Source of the DNA: Picochlorum sp. SENEW3
Taxonomy: Eukaryota
Direction: 5' to 3'
Assembly: GCA_034226945.1 (NCBI GenBank)
Contig: CP120463.1
Span: forward strand, 248,001-312,000
DNA: 64,000 nt
In this document: piece by piece, positions 21,478 through 33,587 of the stretch
How positions within the stretch are numbered: position 1 is the first letter of the stretch
How the letters are laid out: every line of letters begins with the position of its first letter
Translations under genes and position numbers: made by a program
The notes under the pieces: model-generated
Database searches by the model: none
The model's input: only the letters and a program-made list of their open reading frames with translations
What the model was told of the DNA's origin: nothing

Positions 21478-23550
21478 TCATGAGGCATCCCACCTGCTCT
21501 TTTTCTTCATACTCCCTTCATGCTGTCGAGTCAATGATTCAGCAATAGCTTTTGCCCTGTCAATAGCCGATTGGACTTTCGTGTCTATTGCCGGTTGTAT
21601 TTGGGGTTTTGGGCCTGCTTTGGGGGGCACAATGGTGACAGTGCTGGATTTTTGTGATCTAGTATCATCACCATGAGCATCTCCTGCAGAGACAAATGAT
21701 GACATGAAATTGCATGTACTGTGATTCGTTGTATTCTTTTTCGCTTGGTCAAAACCGCCTTCTTTTTGTGTACGTGAATTAGACCCGATTGCTGTATGAG
21801 TCGGATTTGGTTTCCTTTTCCTATGTCTTTTGGCAAGGTTTGCAATGTATGGAGGAGGTTCTTGTCCAACAGACTCCATGTACTCTACAATATGGGCAGC
21901 TTGTTTGCCTTCGTGTGGAAGCAATAGTGTGTGCGCTTCTCCATCAGTCTTTCCTGCCCTACTGGTTCTACCAATCCTGTGGACATATGTGTTGGAATCC
22001 TTGGGTGCATCATAGTTGATCACAACCTTGATTGTATCGATATCAAGCCCTCTCGCAGCTATATCCGTCGCAACTAAAACATGAAGGTTCTGGTTTTTGA
22101 ATTGTGAAAGGGTATCTCTACGCTCTCCTTGGTCCAGAACCCCGCCATGGAACATGCCAACCTTGAATTGGCCAAGATTGTGCAGATAATGGTACACGTC
22201 CTCCACTGTGGCCTTTTGATTTGCAAAGATGAGCACGTCACCCTTATCTATAAACTGCTCAATTCTTTTAGTAACCCATAACTTCTTCTCAGCTTCGTTA
22301 TTCGTAACATACACATGTTGGCTGATATTTGCATTCACCCCACCAACAGAGCCGACAAGGACTCTCACAGGCGTGTCCAGAAATGTGGCTGCTAAATTCT
22401 CTACTTTTCTTGGCATGGTCGCAGAAAATAGAACAAACTGCGTATTAGGTCGTATTTGTCCGATCAACTCTCGAATTTGCGGTTCGAAACCAAGGTCAAA
22501 CATGCGATCAGCTTCATCCAAGACAACATATGTGACCCTGTGCAATGTGCAAGCCTTGCTTTTGATTAAATCAATCATTCGGCCAGGGGTGCACACAGCT
22601 ATCTCTGCCCCAGCTCGCAACTCTTTTATTTGATTATATTTATGGAGTCCTCCAAAGGCAGCACACGATCTCAACCCATGGAATTTGCCAAATTTCCTGG
22701 TATGCAGATGAATCTGTTCAGCCAATTCCCTTGTGGGAGCTATGATCAGGGCAATCGGCCCTTCTCCTTTCTCCAACCTCCTCTGAGCCATAATATGAGA
22801 AATCATCGGAAGAGTATATGCAGCAGTCTTTCCACTTCCAGTTTCCGCAATCCCCACAACATCCCGCCCAGCAAGTATTGCTGGAATAGCCTGTGCCTGT
22901 ATTGGCGTAGGTGACGCATATCCTGCAGTCTCAACCGCCCTCAATATCTTTCTATCACGATAAAAAGCTTGATGAAAGGTGTCGATGGGACATGGAATAT
23001 CACCACCTCCAAGAACTCTAATCTTCAATCTTTGCCGTTTTGCAGTCATCTCACGTGCATCTAATGCTGCCAATTCGACTGGATGAACGTATAGATTCTT
23101 TTCGAAATCCTCATACTGTACCGAGCCATGATCAATTGGCTTCAAAAGCATGGAACTGCCGTACTTGTCCCCATCCCCACCATCTGCCGGCAGAGCAGCA
23201 GCACTCGTATCAGGATGCAAAGCAACCTGCTCCAAAAAGTCCACACCAGGCTCATCGGTCTCCAGCAGCTCACGTTTCAGCCTTCCAGTCTTTGTTGTTG
23301 ATTTATGCATCGAATCTTCTTCTTGCTGGATCGCAACATCCACACTCTTCATGTACGCATCAAGAGCATCCTCGTCTTCCACCTCCTTGACCGTATTCCC
23401 TTTTGTCGCAGGCTCGCCTGTATTCTCCTCACACTCCCCTGCTCGCTGTATCAAGTCATCAAGGGTTTGACAATCATCATAATCCTCCCCTTTCCTATCC
23501 AAATATTCGAGTATCTCGTCTCGACTCCACTCTTCTCGAAAGTTGGTCAT
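21478..23550 (-). CDS. DDX42: DEAD-box RNA helicase RH24/DDX42-like
   Basis: Q motif, AETGSGKT, PTRELA, DEADRMFDLGFEPQ, SAT, HRIGRT. N-terminal 'DALDAYM' and 'IDHGSVQYEDFEKNLY'; ends SRWD. Confidence 0.9.
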   Translation of the reverse strand: MTNFREEWSRDEILEYLDRKGEDYDDCQTLDDLIQRAGECEENTGEPATKGNTVKEVEDEDALDAYMKSVDVAIQQEEDSMHKSTTKTGRLKRELLETDEPGVDFLEQVALHPDTSAAALPADGGDGDKYGSSMLLKPIDHGSVQYEDFEKNLYVHPVELAALDAREMTAKRQRLKIRVLGGGDIPCPIDTFHQAFYRDRKILRAVETAGYASPTPIQAQAIPAILAGRDVVGIAETGSGKTAAYTLPMISHIMAQRRLEKGEGPIALIIAPTRELAEQIHLHTRKFGKFHGLRSCAAFGGLHKYNQIKELRAGAEIAVCTPGRMIDLIKSKACTLHRVTYVVLDEADRMFDLGFEPQIRELIGQIRPNTQFVLFSATMPRKVENLAATFLDTPVRVLVGSVGGVNANISQHVYVTNNEAEKKLWVTKRIEQFIDKGDVLIFANQKATVEDVYHYLHNLGQFKVGMFHGGVLDQGERRDTLSQFKNQNLHVLVATDIAARGLDIDTIKVVINYDAPKDSNTYVHRIGRTSRAGKTDGEAHTLLLPHEGKQAAHIVEYMESVGQEPPPYIANLAKRHRKRKPNPTHTAIGSNSRTQKEGGFDQAKKNTTNHSTCNFMSSFVSAGDAHGDDTRSQKSSTVTIVPPKAGPKPQIQPAIDTKVQSAIDRAKAIAESLTRQHEGSMKKKSRWDAS

Positions 23551-23808
23551 GTTGAACTATAAAATCAATACCCTGCGCTATATCACATCATACTCAACGA
23601 CCCATATCATAAAATTCATTTTGTGTAGCGTATACGGCGACTTAATGGCCCAATTGTCTTTATCAGGATCTGATCTGCAACCGATTTGAGAGCAGATGCC
23701 ATCAGCTGTTGATTTGAATTCTTCAATCTGCTTGCTTTCTTAAGGATTTCACATCATTTTTAATCTTGAAATATTATTTTTATAGTTTATATTGAATTTA
23801 TTGGCACA

Positions 23809-24819
23809 ATGCAAGCCTGTTCGGTCGCTTCCAAGCCACGTGCATTGCCCCAAGGATTGGTACGTTTTCTTCAGATTCATTCGAGATATTGCTATATCTG
23901 GGTGATGAGTATACAATTTATGACTTTTATATAGAAAAATACTCGTCGATCATTTTTAGAGAGCGGTAGGGCAGCTTGTCACGTTCGAAACGTGGTGGGT
24001 TTCTTTCAGAGTCAAGGTATGGCTTGTTGTGATCAATCCCATGTTCAAAAGAATTGATCGCGACGACGCAGACATGATGGTACAATGCATGATGCAGGGC
24101 GTTCGTTATTGTGTGCATCGAGTATGTCTGTTGATGTGCCAAGGGAGCCATCGGAGCAGGTATTGGACATTTTGAAAAAGGCTGATGGGGTCTGCTTTGA
24201 TGTTGATAGTACATTTTGCAAAGACGAGTCTATTGATGAGCTGGCTGAATATCTCGGCGTGGGAGAGGAAGTGAAAAATCTTACTGCAAAAGCCATGGGT
24301 GGGACGGTGTTGTTCCAGGATGCGTTGGCAGAGAGGTTGGGTGTGATGAGTCCTTCTCAAGCAGATGTGGATAGCTTCCTGAGAGATCACCCTCATATGC
24401 TATCCGATGGAATTCAAGATCTCTTGGATACGTTAGAGAATAAAGGTGTGAACGTCTTCTTAGTCTCCGGGGGATTTAGACAGATTATACACCCACTGGC
24501 AGAATCTCTGGGTATTCCAGTGAGTCATGTGTTTGCAAACAACTTGTTGTTTGATGCGTCTGGCAAATACGCTGGCTTTGATGCTGATGAATTTACTAGT
24601 CGAAGTGGAGGTAAGAAAGAAGCAGTGGTGCATATTAAAGAGCACTGGGGCCTGGAGACTGTTGTCATGGTTGGAGATGGTGCAACCGATGCAGAGGCGA
24701 AAGCACCATCAGGGGCGGATATATTTATTGGATATGGGGGTACTGTTTTCCGTGAAGGGGTTGCAAAGAGATCTGATTGGTATGTGATGGATATTAAAGA
24801 AATAACTGAAATGTTATAA
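23809..24819 (+). CDS. PSP: Phosphoserine phosphatase, plastid (HAD); introns 23860-23934 and 24017-24097
   Basis: CFDVDST, IDELA, AMGG, LVSGGF, SRSGGK, MVGDGATD. Two 5' exons encode a transit peptide. Confidence 0.93.
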
Positions 24820-24822
24820 GGT

Positions 24823-27387
24823 TTAGAATGTAAGAAGAAGGGTTGTCACCATGTCTTTGATGTGATTGCTCAAGGTCATGTTCTCACTGCGTACATCAAT
24901 TGATGCTACTTGATTCTGCACGACAATATTTAATAGGACACGATCATCCGAGTTTTTTCGCTTTCCATGAAAGAAGAAGCGATACGGCTGCCCTGATCCA
25001 TTCGCCGGCTTGCCTACACAGATGAGATTTGCTTGCCTGATGTGGTTTTCAAAATTTGAAAACCTGTCACTACAGATTGCATTGACGATGTTTGAAGACT
25101 CAAAGGTGTACTCGGAGGTCACCGAAAAGATGGATAGATCATCCCATAGTTGTTTGAATTGACCCTGATCCATCTGTATGGATTCTTCTGGAGACTGCAA
25201 TGATATTTCTTCTGTGCCCTCTGCAGGAGCTCCATTGCCTATGGCTGTTTCAGGAGTGTCACGAGTTTGGGCTGGTTCATTTGGCACCATTCCCATGAGC
25301 ATATCTAAATCGCTAATGGCTGCTTCATTATCCATAGTACTCTGTGCATTCTCTGATGATTGAGGCGCGTCGAACGAAAAATTGTCCAGCTGTGCCTGGA
25401 GGTCTGGCTGGCTGTCTCCTCCCAACAAGTCATGCTGTACTTCCAACGACTCCATTTCTACTTTTGATCCTTGATCCTCCTCAGTCGTCATATCCAAAAG
25501 CTCTGTGGCTGCATTGGAAGACTCCATCAATATATGGTCTCCACCTTGCTCCACAATGTCACCTCCAAGTGACCCAGATTCAAACCTGGTCAGACTTTCT
25601 CCATCATCCTCTATGAACGTCATGGCTGGTTGACCATATATCACGGACAACGTATTCCATTCATCAAACAATTTATCTTTAATATCCTCAGTCACTCCAG
25701 AAACAATACCAGACCCTGCATAGTCGGCAGCAGGCAACTCTAAAATCGATGCTGTCTGATCCTTTCCCAAGGTATCCAGCAGTGCCGAGTACATGGCAGC
25801 TCTCTCACTCAATGTATAATCTGGTCCAGAGATACATGCACTCAAGACACGTTTTGTAAGTTGTAAGCATTCGGGAGGTCTTTTGCAAAATAATTTGACG
25901 ACTGCGGTCAACATGGCTGTCTTCACAGTACAATCCTCATTTTCAAAGCCACTGCAGACATCCTCCAAAATATACGGAGCTTCCTGGATGTTTCCTCCAA
26001 ACTGCCCTAAGATCCAGACAAATGCAGCTCTAGCTTCTGGATCTACCAGTGTACTAAACCGAACCTCTGCAATGGAGGGAGCACAGATAGCTGCCGCATC
26101 AGGAAATTTGTTTAATGCTGATGCAAATGCTATAACAGTCTCACTGACAACACCAAGCCGACGATGTCCCAAAAACAAAAGCAATCTATCTAATATCCCG
26201 TCCACATTTTCTACTTTCACAGCAATACGCGCGATTGCTCGAATCCCATGTCGAGCCACATCATCGTCATGATCCTTGGCATACTGCAATGATTCTTCTG
26301 CAGTATCAAATGCATTGTTCCCACAAGACAATGTCACAAGCATATCCAACTTCAAGAGTTTCAAATACGAAGGATCCTCAGGTCTATAGAAAAAGTCATT
26401 CGACATCATATAAAATTGCTCTGGGTGCCTCTCCGCCAGCACTTTGATGTTGGCCAATGCAGCATACGCAATCTCTGGCTCCCTCCCCACCAGCAGCGTC
26501 CTGAGAGGACCCTTGATTAGACGAAGGACTTTATCATATTGCTCTTTATAATTCGCTGTATAATGAAGAAAAAGCTTGGCTGATGCCATGATCACGGCAG
26601 AATTTGTATGGTTCAGCCCAAAATCCAACACCTCGAGCACATCAAATCGTTCTTCCTCAGTCTCTGGTCTATAATGCTGCAACAAAATCCCCATGAGCAG
26701 GCACTGTCCCCACTCACTAAAACTCCTCACATTGTTCATCAATGATATCATGAGAGGCTTTGGGAGGGTCCCTGAGTTCAGAGCACCCAACTGTTGCAAT
26801 ACGTATAAACAGCTTGTAATCACCTGGGTATCCGTGTCAGTCTGAAGCATCACCTTGACCTTCTCAATCAACCCAAGCTCATTTGATTTATCTGCATCCT
26901 GCTGATAACATTTCAACACGCCTATCACAGAAACTTCTCGAACATACGCATGCCTATCCCCTAGACCCTCTACTACCACTGGCAGCACATTTTCCAAAAG
27001 CTCTGGCACCCGAAGCGAGCACATGGAACGCACCGCCAACCCACGGATCCTGGGATCAATATCCTTGGTATCATTAAGGAGGGTTTGGACAACAAGCAAA
27101 GATACAGAAGAGTTCTGTCGAGCTGCTGATCGAAGATACAAGTACAGCATTTTCTTCAGAGGTAAATCACTCTTTGACAATGCTACACATTTCGTCGCTG
27201 GTACAAACACACTGGACATATCGATCCCAGTTGTCATGTATTTGATCAATTTCTGAAAACATTCTCGCTTCAGATAGATCACATCCGTCTTCCTTCCATC
27301 TAAAGCACATAATTGTTCCAAGGCTCGAGTAATTTCATTAACTTCCCCTTTTCCCTTGACACTTCTCGCTCTCCTTGGGGGAGCCAT
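24823..27387 (-). CDS. AP4B1: AP-4 complex subunit beta (beta-adaptin-like protein A)
   Basis: MTTGIDMSSVF, LKKMLYLY, DPRIRGLAVRSMCSL, APYILE, LFDEWNTLSVIYGQP and a C-terminal appendage. Confidence 0.88.
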   Translation of the reverse strand: MAPPRRARSVKGKGEVNEITRALEQLCALDGRKTDVIYLKRECFQKLIKYMTTGIDMSSVFVPATKCVALSKSDLPLKKMLYLYLRSAARQNSSVSLLVVQTLLNDTKDIDPRIRGLAVRSMCSLRVPELLENVLPVVVEGLGDRHAYVREVSVIGVLKCYQQDADKSNELGLIEKVKVMLQTDTDTQVITSCLYVLQQLGALNSGTLPKPLMISLMNNVRSFSEWGQCLLMGILLQHYRPETEEERFDVLEVLDFGLNHTNSAVIMASAKLFLHYTANYKEQYDKVLRLIKGPLRTLLVGREPEIAYAALANIKVLAERHPEQFYMMSNDFFYRPEDPSYLKLLKLDMLVTLSCGNNAFDTAEESLQYAKDHDDDVARHGIRAIARIAVKVENVDGILDRLLLFLGHRRLGVVSETVIAFASALNKFPDAAAICAPSIAEVRFSTLVDPEARAAFVWILGQFGGNIQEAPYILEDVCSGFENEDCTVKTAMLTAVVKLFCKRPPECLQLTKRVLSACISGPDYTLSERAAMYSALLDTLGKDQTASILELPAADYAGSGIVSGVTEDIKDKLFDEWNTLSVIYGQPAMTFIEDDGESLTRFESGSLGGDIVEQGGDHILMESSNAATELLDMTTEEDQGSKVEMESLEVQHDLLGGDSQPDLQAQLDNFSFDAPQSSENAQSTMDNEAAISDLDMLMGMVPNEPAQTRDTPETAIGNGAPAEGTEEISLQSPEESIQMDQGQFKQLWDDLSIFSVTSEYTFESSNIVNAICSDRFSNFENHIRQANLICVGKPANGSGQPYRFFFHGKRKNSDDRVLLNIVVQNQVASIDVRSENMTLSNHIKDMVTTLLLTF

Positions 27388-27643
27388 GATTAAATAGTTA
27401 ATTACCTTTCAGACTTCGAGGTTAAATCACTGGAATGGCAGGATATGTACATTGATGAAACGCTCTCTTTTCTGACTTTTATTTACGGAAGACGGTGGTA
27501 TTTCAACGCATGCTGGTTGTGAATGCCCAAGGGATCATGGTGATACTATCCATGGAAGTGGGTCCCTCCCCATCTTTTGATCGACTTTGAAGGATACAAG
27601 TACTTGGATGTTACTTTTATTTCAAACTGAGTATGGTGTGATC

Positions 27644-28804
27644 ATGTCTGCAAAAGAGAAGAATGTGCCCGGAGGAATGAAGTCAACCAGTGGCAAAGGA
27701 GGAGGGGTTGACTGTCCAGAAAGCGACAGTGATATAGCTGCGGTACACGGTGAGAAGGAGTATTCAATGCCTTTGAATGAGCGTGTGGTGGCATTGGAGC
27801 GAGAAATCGAAAGAATGAACAAGGTTCGCTTGGATGAGCTGAGGGAGGCTCATGAGTTGTACAGACTGGCACAGCAGGATGGATTGCGTCTCGAAAAGGA
27901 CATGGAGGCGATGAGACGAGAGATGGAAACCAAGTGTGCAGTCATAGAAGAAGAAAAGGAGTGCATCAGACAGCGATATGCAGGGAACATTGACGCAATG
28001 ACGCAACGCGTTCAAGAAGTACAAGCTGCATGCCAGCAGCACATGGTGGATCCAGAGACTCAACGAATGCTGCGCAAGTATATGAGCTTATCGAGCCCAG
28101 TGAAGGGGTTTGTGTTTGCAAATTATTCTTGCTTGAAAAGGTGTCAGAAAAAGAGGTTGGCAAGGCGATGCAGTCGAGTGAAGCAGGTCAATTTTGTCAA
28201 CATGGTTCGTTTGGAGAGTTGTGCAAAGCTCATGCAGCTCAGGGCGAAGAGATATAAAAAGGAATGTACATCTCAAAATGCAGAAATTATAAATTTAAAG
28301 AAACGTCTTGAGCGCAAATATCAGGAAGAAATTGAACAGTGTATGAAAATTCTAAAGAGGTGGAAGGCACAGATGCAGCATGTTGTTGCACAGGAGGAGA
28401 GACATGTGCAAGAGCAAGCTGGTATGGAGCAACAGTTGGCAGTGGCGAAACGCAATGCCGCTCACCATCGTGAAGAAAATGCCAATTTGCACATGTCACT
28501 TCGTAAGATGGAAGCCAAGATTCGGAAAGCAGAGAGTGATATGGCTAGGCAGCAGAACGAGGATGTACAGTTGAAATTATTCCTACAGTCCTGTATGTAC
28601 GCCATGAATACGCACATCACCGCGCATCAGTCATCTCTGGATCTACATCAGTTGTCTAGTATGAGTAAAAAACATCGAAAGGAACTGCAGAAATTATATG
28701 ATAGAGTGGAGGAGTCACAACATGGTGGTGTAGAGATCACAGCCATGAGTCCAGAGGATGTTCGAGCTTTCATATCATTACTCGTACAGCGAATGAATAC
28801 ATAA
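27644..28804 (+). CDS. Long coiled-coil protein; C-terminus resembles BBOF1/CCDC176
   Basis: Uninterrupted heptad-rich ORF ending 'VEITAMSPEDVRAFISLLVQRMN'. The family call is tentative. Confidence 0.6.
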   Translation: MSAKEKNVPGGMKSTSGKGGGVDCPESDSDIAAVHGEKEYSMPLNERVVALEREIERMNKVRLDELREAHELYRLAQQDGLRLEKDMEAMRREMETKCAVIEEEKECIRQRYAGNIDAMTQRVQEVQAACQQHMVDPETQRMLRKYMSLSSPVKGFVFANYSCLKRCQKKRLARRCSRVKQVNFVNMVRLESCAKLMQLRAKRYKKECTSQNAEIINLKKRLERKYQEEIEQCMKILKRWKAQMQHVVAQEERHVQEQAGMEQQLAVAKRNAAHHREENANLHMSLRKMEAKIRKAESDMARQQNEDVQLKLFLQSCMYAMNTHITAHQSSLDLHQLSSMSKKHRKELQKLYDRVEESQHGGVEITAMSPEDVRAFISLLVQRMNT

Positions 28805-28834
28805 GATGTTACAATAATATGTAGCAGACGAGTG

Positions 28835-30073
28835 CTACGACGTTTTGGATTTCAACTTTTTATTGCGAGCTCGCAATTTATGAATCTCTTGTTGTCGTTC
28901 CTCTGCATTATCAGCCCTCTTGCCATGAATAACCGTCTTCCTCTTTTTACCGCTTTTGTTAACGCGCACTCTTGGTTCAATAATTCCTCTTCTTTGGAGG
29001 CTCTTATATCGCTCTTTGATCAGCACAGGAGTTGGCTTGATTTTACGAAGACTGCCTCCTGACTCTTTGATCTCATCAGTTGTCAAAACTTGGATTGGGA
29101 AAGGATTGAATCTATGTTTTCCGAGTCGAGGGGGTGCTGAGTCTATAAGTTCTTGAAGATCAGCATGTCTCCTCCTCAGCTTCTCTTCTTGCTCTTTTGT
29201 CAAACTTTCAACATCCTTTAGGAGTTCACCAAGCCTTTCCAATTCCCGACGCTGCTTCTTCTCCTTCTTGCGAAGCTCAATTTCCTTTTGCATTAACTTA
29301 TTCCTCATTTCTCTATTTCTATCCTGAATAGTCTTTTTCCTTTTCGTGACTGATGATCGTTTAACCACCTGATCATCCTCACTACTCGACGGAGAATCCT
29401 CTTCTTCCTCCTCCCCATCAGATTCCACCAGCAACCTCTCCAATTCATCCTTGTGCTCATAATCTTCCCATTCTACAACTTTCGGAGGAGCGACTGGAAG
29501 AAGTTCTGCATCATACTGTTTCTTCATCTCAGCCGCAACTGCTTGGCCAACAGCCTCCTGATGAGACTCATAATCAGGGTTCACAGAGCACCCTGATGCA
29601 TCAATTTCTACAGCCGGAGCATCTCTGAGAGACTTTTTCCACTCCTTTACAGCTTTAACAGCCTTATTACGTAATCTGAATTCCCCTGTATCCTTTGAGA
29701 AGATATCATATCTCCCTTCCTTTGGCGGGACAATGATCTCCTTTCCAGTATCCTCATGGACAACCAACTCTCCAGTATCCCCTTTCTTCTTCTGCTTCTG
29801 TTTCTTCAACCGCTTTGCTAGATCATGGTTTTTGGCCTTTTTCGCAAACGTCTGTGGAATCACAGGCTCGGCTACATGAGCACCCTGGATGATTGCTTGA
29901 GCCCTGGTCAGTTTGTTCCTAAACTTTTCCTTCTTGCCCATTCGAACCGGCTTCTTCGACACATCATCAGGCTTGGTATCAACAAAAAATAAATCATCAT
30001 CAGGAACACTATCCAAACTCGGCCCTAGCCGTTCCTCTCTCGTCTTTTGCTCCAAAAACTCCTCCACCTGCAT
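28835..30073 (-). CDS. NOP53: Ribosome biogenesis protein NOP53 (GLTSCR2)
   Basis: DDDLFFVD exosome-adaptor motif, GCSVNPDYESHQE, PRLGKHRF, GSLRKIKP, ERYKSLQRRGIIEPR. Confidence 0.93.
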   Translation of the reverse strand: MQVEEFLEQKTREERLGPSLDSVPDDDLFFVDTKPDDVSKKPVRMGKKEKFRNKLTRAQAIIQGAHVAEPVIPQTFAKKAKNHDLAKRLKKQKQKKKGDTGELVVHEDTGKEIIVPPKEGRYDIFSKDTGEFRLRNKAVKAVKEWKKSLRDAPAVEIDASGCSVNPDYESHQEAVGQAVAAEMKKQYDAELLPVAPPKVVEWEDYEHKDELERLLVESDGEEEEEDSPSSSEDDQVVKRSSVTKRKKTIQDRNREMRNKLMQKEIELRKKEKKQRRELERLGELLKDVESLTKEQEEKLRRRHADLQELIDSAPPRLGKHRFNPFPIQVLTTDEIKESGGSLRKIKPTPVLIKERYKSLQRRGIIEPRVRVNKSGKKRKTVIHGKRADNAEERQQEIHKLRARNKKLKSKTS

Positions 30074-30315
30074 GACATGCCGGAAACATTATCCTTCAGT
30101 TCATCCAAGCCTCTCATACCCCTAACGCAGCATTTCTAAGCTCCAAAATGCACTTTACATGTAAATATATCTTTATTCCAATCAAACGTACCTCCTGTCC
30201 GTCGATAGCCCGCCATTCCTTCCGCTGCCTCTTTGCTCTGCCCATGGCGTTTGCCTCGTCTTACACAACTACTGATATATTCTACCGATTCGTATAATTT
30301 ATATACGTATTTCTA

Positions 30316-31956
30316 TCATGATGATGATGCTGGCATCAGCTTGGGCTTAAAGCCAGGCGTTGGCCTCACCATGGTGCTCAATTCTTTGACAATGTCAAAC
30401 AAGGAATCTGGCTTGGCCAACGCTTTGGCTCTCTTTGACAACACTTTGAGCTCCTTTCCATTATTATCCAACCAACTCTTGATAATAGAGGCCACCTTTT
30501 TCGGTTTCGTCTCAAACACACCCACCTTATTCTCAGTCACATATGGAATATTGCCTTCCTCTTGGCATGGCACAAATGCATTCAATACCAACGGGAGGCC
30601 ACAGATGAGAGCTTCACTAATAGTTCCTGGTCCCGCTTTTGTAATAATGACGTCACACGCCCCCATATACTCTGGCATATTTGTCACAAACCCTTGAATA
30701 TGAACATTCATGCCTGAAGGATACGCCCTGCAATGAGACACATATTCATCAGATCATATAGATGATATATCTATATAACAGTATACCTACTTTGACTGTA
30801 ATTTATTCACCAGCGTTGCATTCCTTCCACACACAACCACAAGCTGTGCATCCGCACCAATCTGCTCTGCCACCGCATCTACAGTCTTCTCTACTGGGCC
30901 CATCCCTTCGCCTCCTCCCATCAATAGTATACATGGTTTTGAAAGATCTAGACCAAGCTTTTTCCTCAACGCCTTTGCACGGGGCAACCCCTGACTAAAT
31001 GCTGGGCGAATAGGCAATCCATACACTCTGAGTTTATCCTCAGGCATCCCCAGCTTCAACGCCTGCTTTTTCGACTCTTCCGTCGCAACAAAACATCTAT
31101 CCACATCATGATAAAACCATGTGTTATGACACGTTGTCAAATCAGTCACAACAGTTGCAAATGCTGTGTTTGGATCCTGCAATCCACTCTCAATCCTCCT
31201 TCTCAAAACCTTGACAGGCACATGCTGCATCAGCGGATGCACAGAAATAATCAAATTTGGCCGATACTCATCAAACGCTGCAGAAATCCTCGAGCCAGTC
31301 ACCACATGCATGGCAGTAGACAGAGGAACATGAACAAACTTGGGCTGTGTAAATGTAAAATTCCCCCTCCAAATGAATGGATACTTGACCATGAATGAAT
31401 AACTCTTTGGAAATTCATTATACGGCCACGGGGTGTGATGCGTCCAAAGATCCACGATATCAATCCTATATTTGGACCCATACAGGTGCTCAAACCCACC
31501 CCGCAGAGCCTCTGCCGATGCCCTGTGACCCCCACCAGTATCCGACATTAAAATCATAATGCGTGGCTTGGCATCAGATCGATCACCCCAGCCACCTCGT
31601 ATCCGATCCGATCGACCCAATTTCCACAACGGCACAGCCCGAGCCTGCCCACCCCCACCATATCCAGCCAACAACCAAGGAACCGCAGAGGTCGCCAGCA
31701 CAGCAGACATGCCTTTTCCTTTCACCCAGATACCATCTGTATTCTTTGTACTACAGAAACGCCGCCCCGTCATCTGCTGTTGGTCAGTCTTTCCATCGAA
31801 GATGTGATGCTGTCTCGACACACCATCCTTCTTCATTCCCATGGATGGGTCCACATTCTGAATAATACTACTAGATATAGATGCCAATATTGTAGCAGAA
31901 TCCCCTGACGAAGACATACCATGCAGACATGTCCCAGGCACCATGTTTGTTGCCAT
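30316..31956 (-). CDS. MGD1: Monogalactosyldiacylglycerol synthase; intron 30728-30790
   Basis: ILMSDTGGGHRASAEAL, ISVHPLMQHVP, TVVTDL, GLPIRP, LMGGGEGMG, ITKAGPGTISEA, QEEGN. Confidence 0.96.
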
Positions 31957-32219
31957 CTATCGCTCTCTGTCTCTCTTCTCTTTTTCAGATGGATACAATG
32001 GGATTATTTACTTTTTTACATATATATAGATAGTATATCGAGAGATGGGTCCTGCACTGGATCTCTTCTCATGCATGAAGAAGACGATGAATTCATGATC
32101 TGATTTTAATGCATCAATTTACGGACGATCCCAGAGATTGCTGCTGCTGCTGCTGTTAGACCAGATCTATCTATCCAGTGATTGATGTGATGGATATAAA
32201 TACATATAGTTAATCTATA

Positions 32220-33527
32220 ATGGAGATCAGAGATCGGGTTATCGTTGGGAATGAGATTGGAGAGGTTGTAGGTGCGACAACATGCATGGCCTACATACAT
32301 ACATGGCATACACGTGGAATCATTACTTGACTGACATCCATATACTGCAATGGCGTATGGTCTATCTGGATCCCAGAAGAATCTTCTTTTGTTGATTGGT
32401 TGAATGGTTGGTATTCTCATACCGTATGATTGACACCTGTGTTTATGTGTGTTGCAGTTTTGGGTCGTCAGGACAAGCAGCTCGGTATAGCTACAAAGAA
32501 GAAGCAAAAGACCATAGATGGCCATGAACAGTCTCATCAAAAAGATAGGGGAGGGGCTTCTGAATTCGGTATAGTTGCGTGCTGGGGGGATGCTGATAGA
32601 GAGAGAGGCGTGACACATGTGGAAGCATGCTGCACAGATCCATCCAGAGTATTGGTGAGCAGGAAGAATGGGACTACAGAGGTGTTGAATATTGATACTG
32701 GGAGCATAGCATGGTGTCATGAGAACGATGGTCTGAGCTGTGCATCAGCGCATTGGATACCGGGGTATGGAGAGGAGGAACGGGTGGTGCGGGTGATGGA
32801 GCATGGTACTGTGCAGGTCTTCTCTCTTGATGGGACGGCAGAGGATCCTATAGTCGAATGGACATGTCCTTTAAAGGCGATATGCTCTGCATATAATGCA
32901 TCATCTCGAAAACTTGCCGTTGGATGTGAGGGTGCAGAGCTCAAGGTGTACGCTGTGTCTGAGACATGTGAGGGTGGTGGTGCCCCATGCTTTGCAGGCA
33001 AGGGTGGGAAACCAAACAGTGTTGGAGTATGCGACAGACCCTGTACGAGTGCGGTCGCCTTTGATCCTTCAGTGGAAGATGGAAACAGACTCATTGTGGG
33101 TACTGGGTCCTCCAAAGTACGCTTCTATGATGCCAAAGCTGGCAAGCGCCCTCAGCGTGACATACCATTCAAAGGATTCAAGATTACATGCCTTGCTCCC
33201 GAGCAGGATGGTCAGAGATGTTGGGTGGGAGACGGAGGAGGCAATCTGCAGGTATATGATGTCCGTGCAGGCAAATTCAGTGGTGCTATTTCAGGCATTG
33301 GTGGATCAGTGAGGAGTATGGATATTCACCATGGGGCCATTGTATCTGGAGGATTGGATCGGTTCCTCAGGATCAATAGCCTCCGATCACGGGCATCCAT
33401 AGAAAAGGTGTATATGAAATCGCAGATGACGAGTGTCTGTTGGTCTCGTACGGATGACCCGATAGTCATGGCATCAAAACAGGCCACTAGGAAAAAGAGT
33501 CAAAAGAAAAGAATCCAAAATTCATGA
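32220..33527 (+). CDS. WDR74: WD-repeat ribosome biogenesis factor WDR74/NSA1; short exon 1 32220-32271, intron 32272-32457
   Basis: WD repeats, 'VRFYDAKAGKRP', 'GSVRSM..H..IVSGGLDRFLRI', 'KVYMKSQMT'. Putative exon 1 'VIVGNEIGEV' splices in frame. Confidence 0.82.
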
Positions 33528-33587
33528 AGAATAACAATCCGTTGGATTCTCAGATATATTTAGATTCTTGTTGTTGTTGTTGTTGTT

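Noticed and set aside
32272..32457. Long WDR74 intron as an ncRNA host
   Set aside because: No snoRNA boxes or convincing structure seen.
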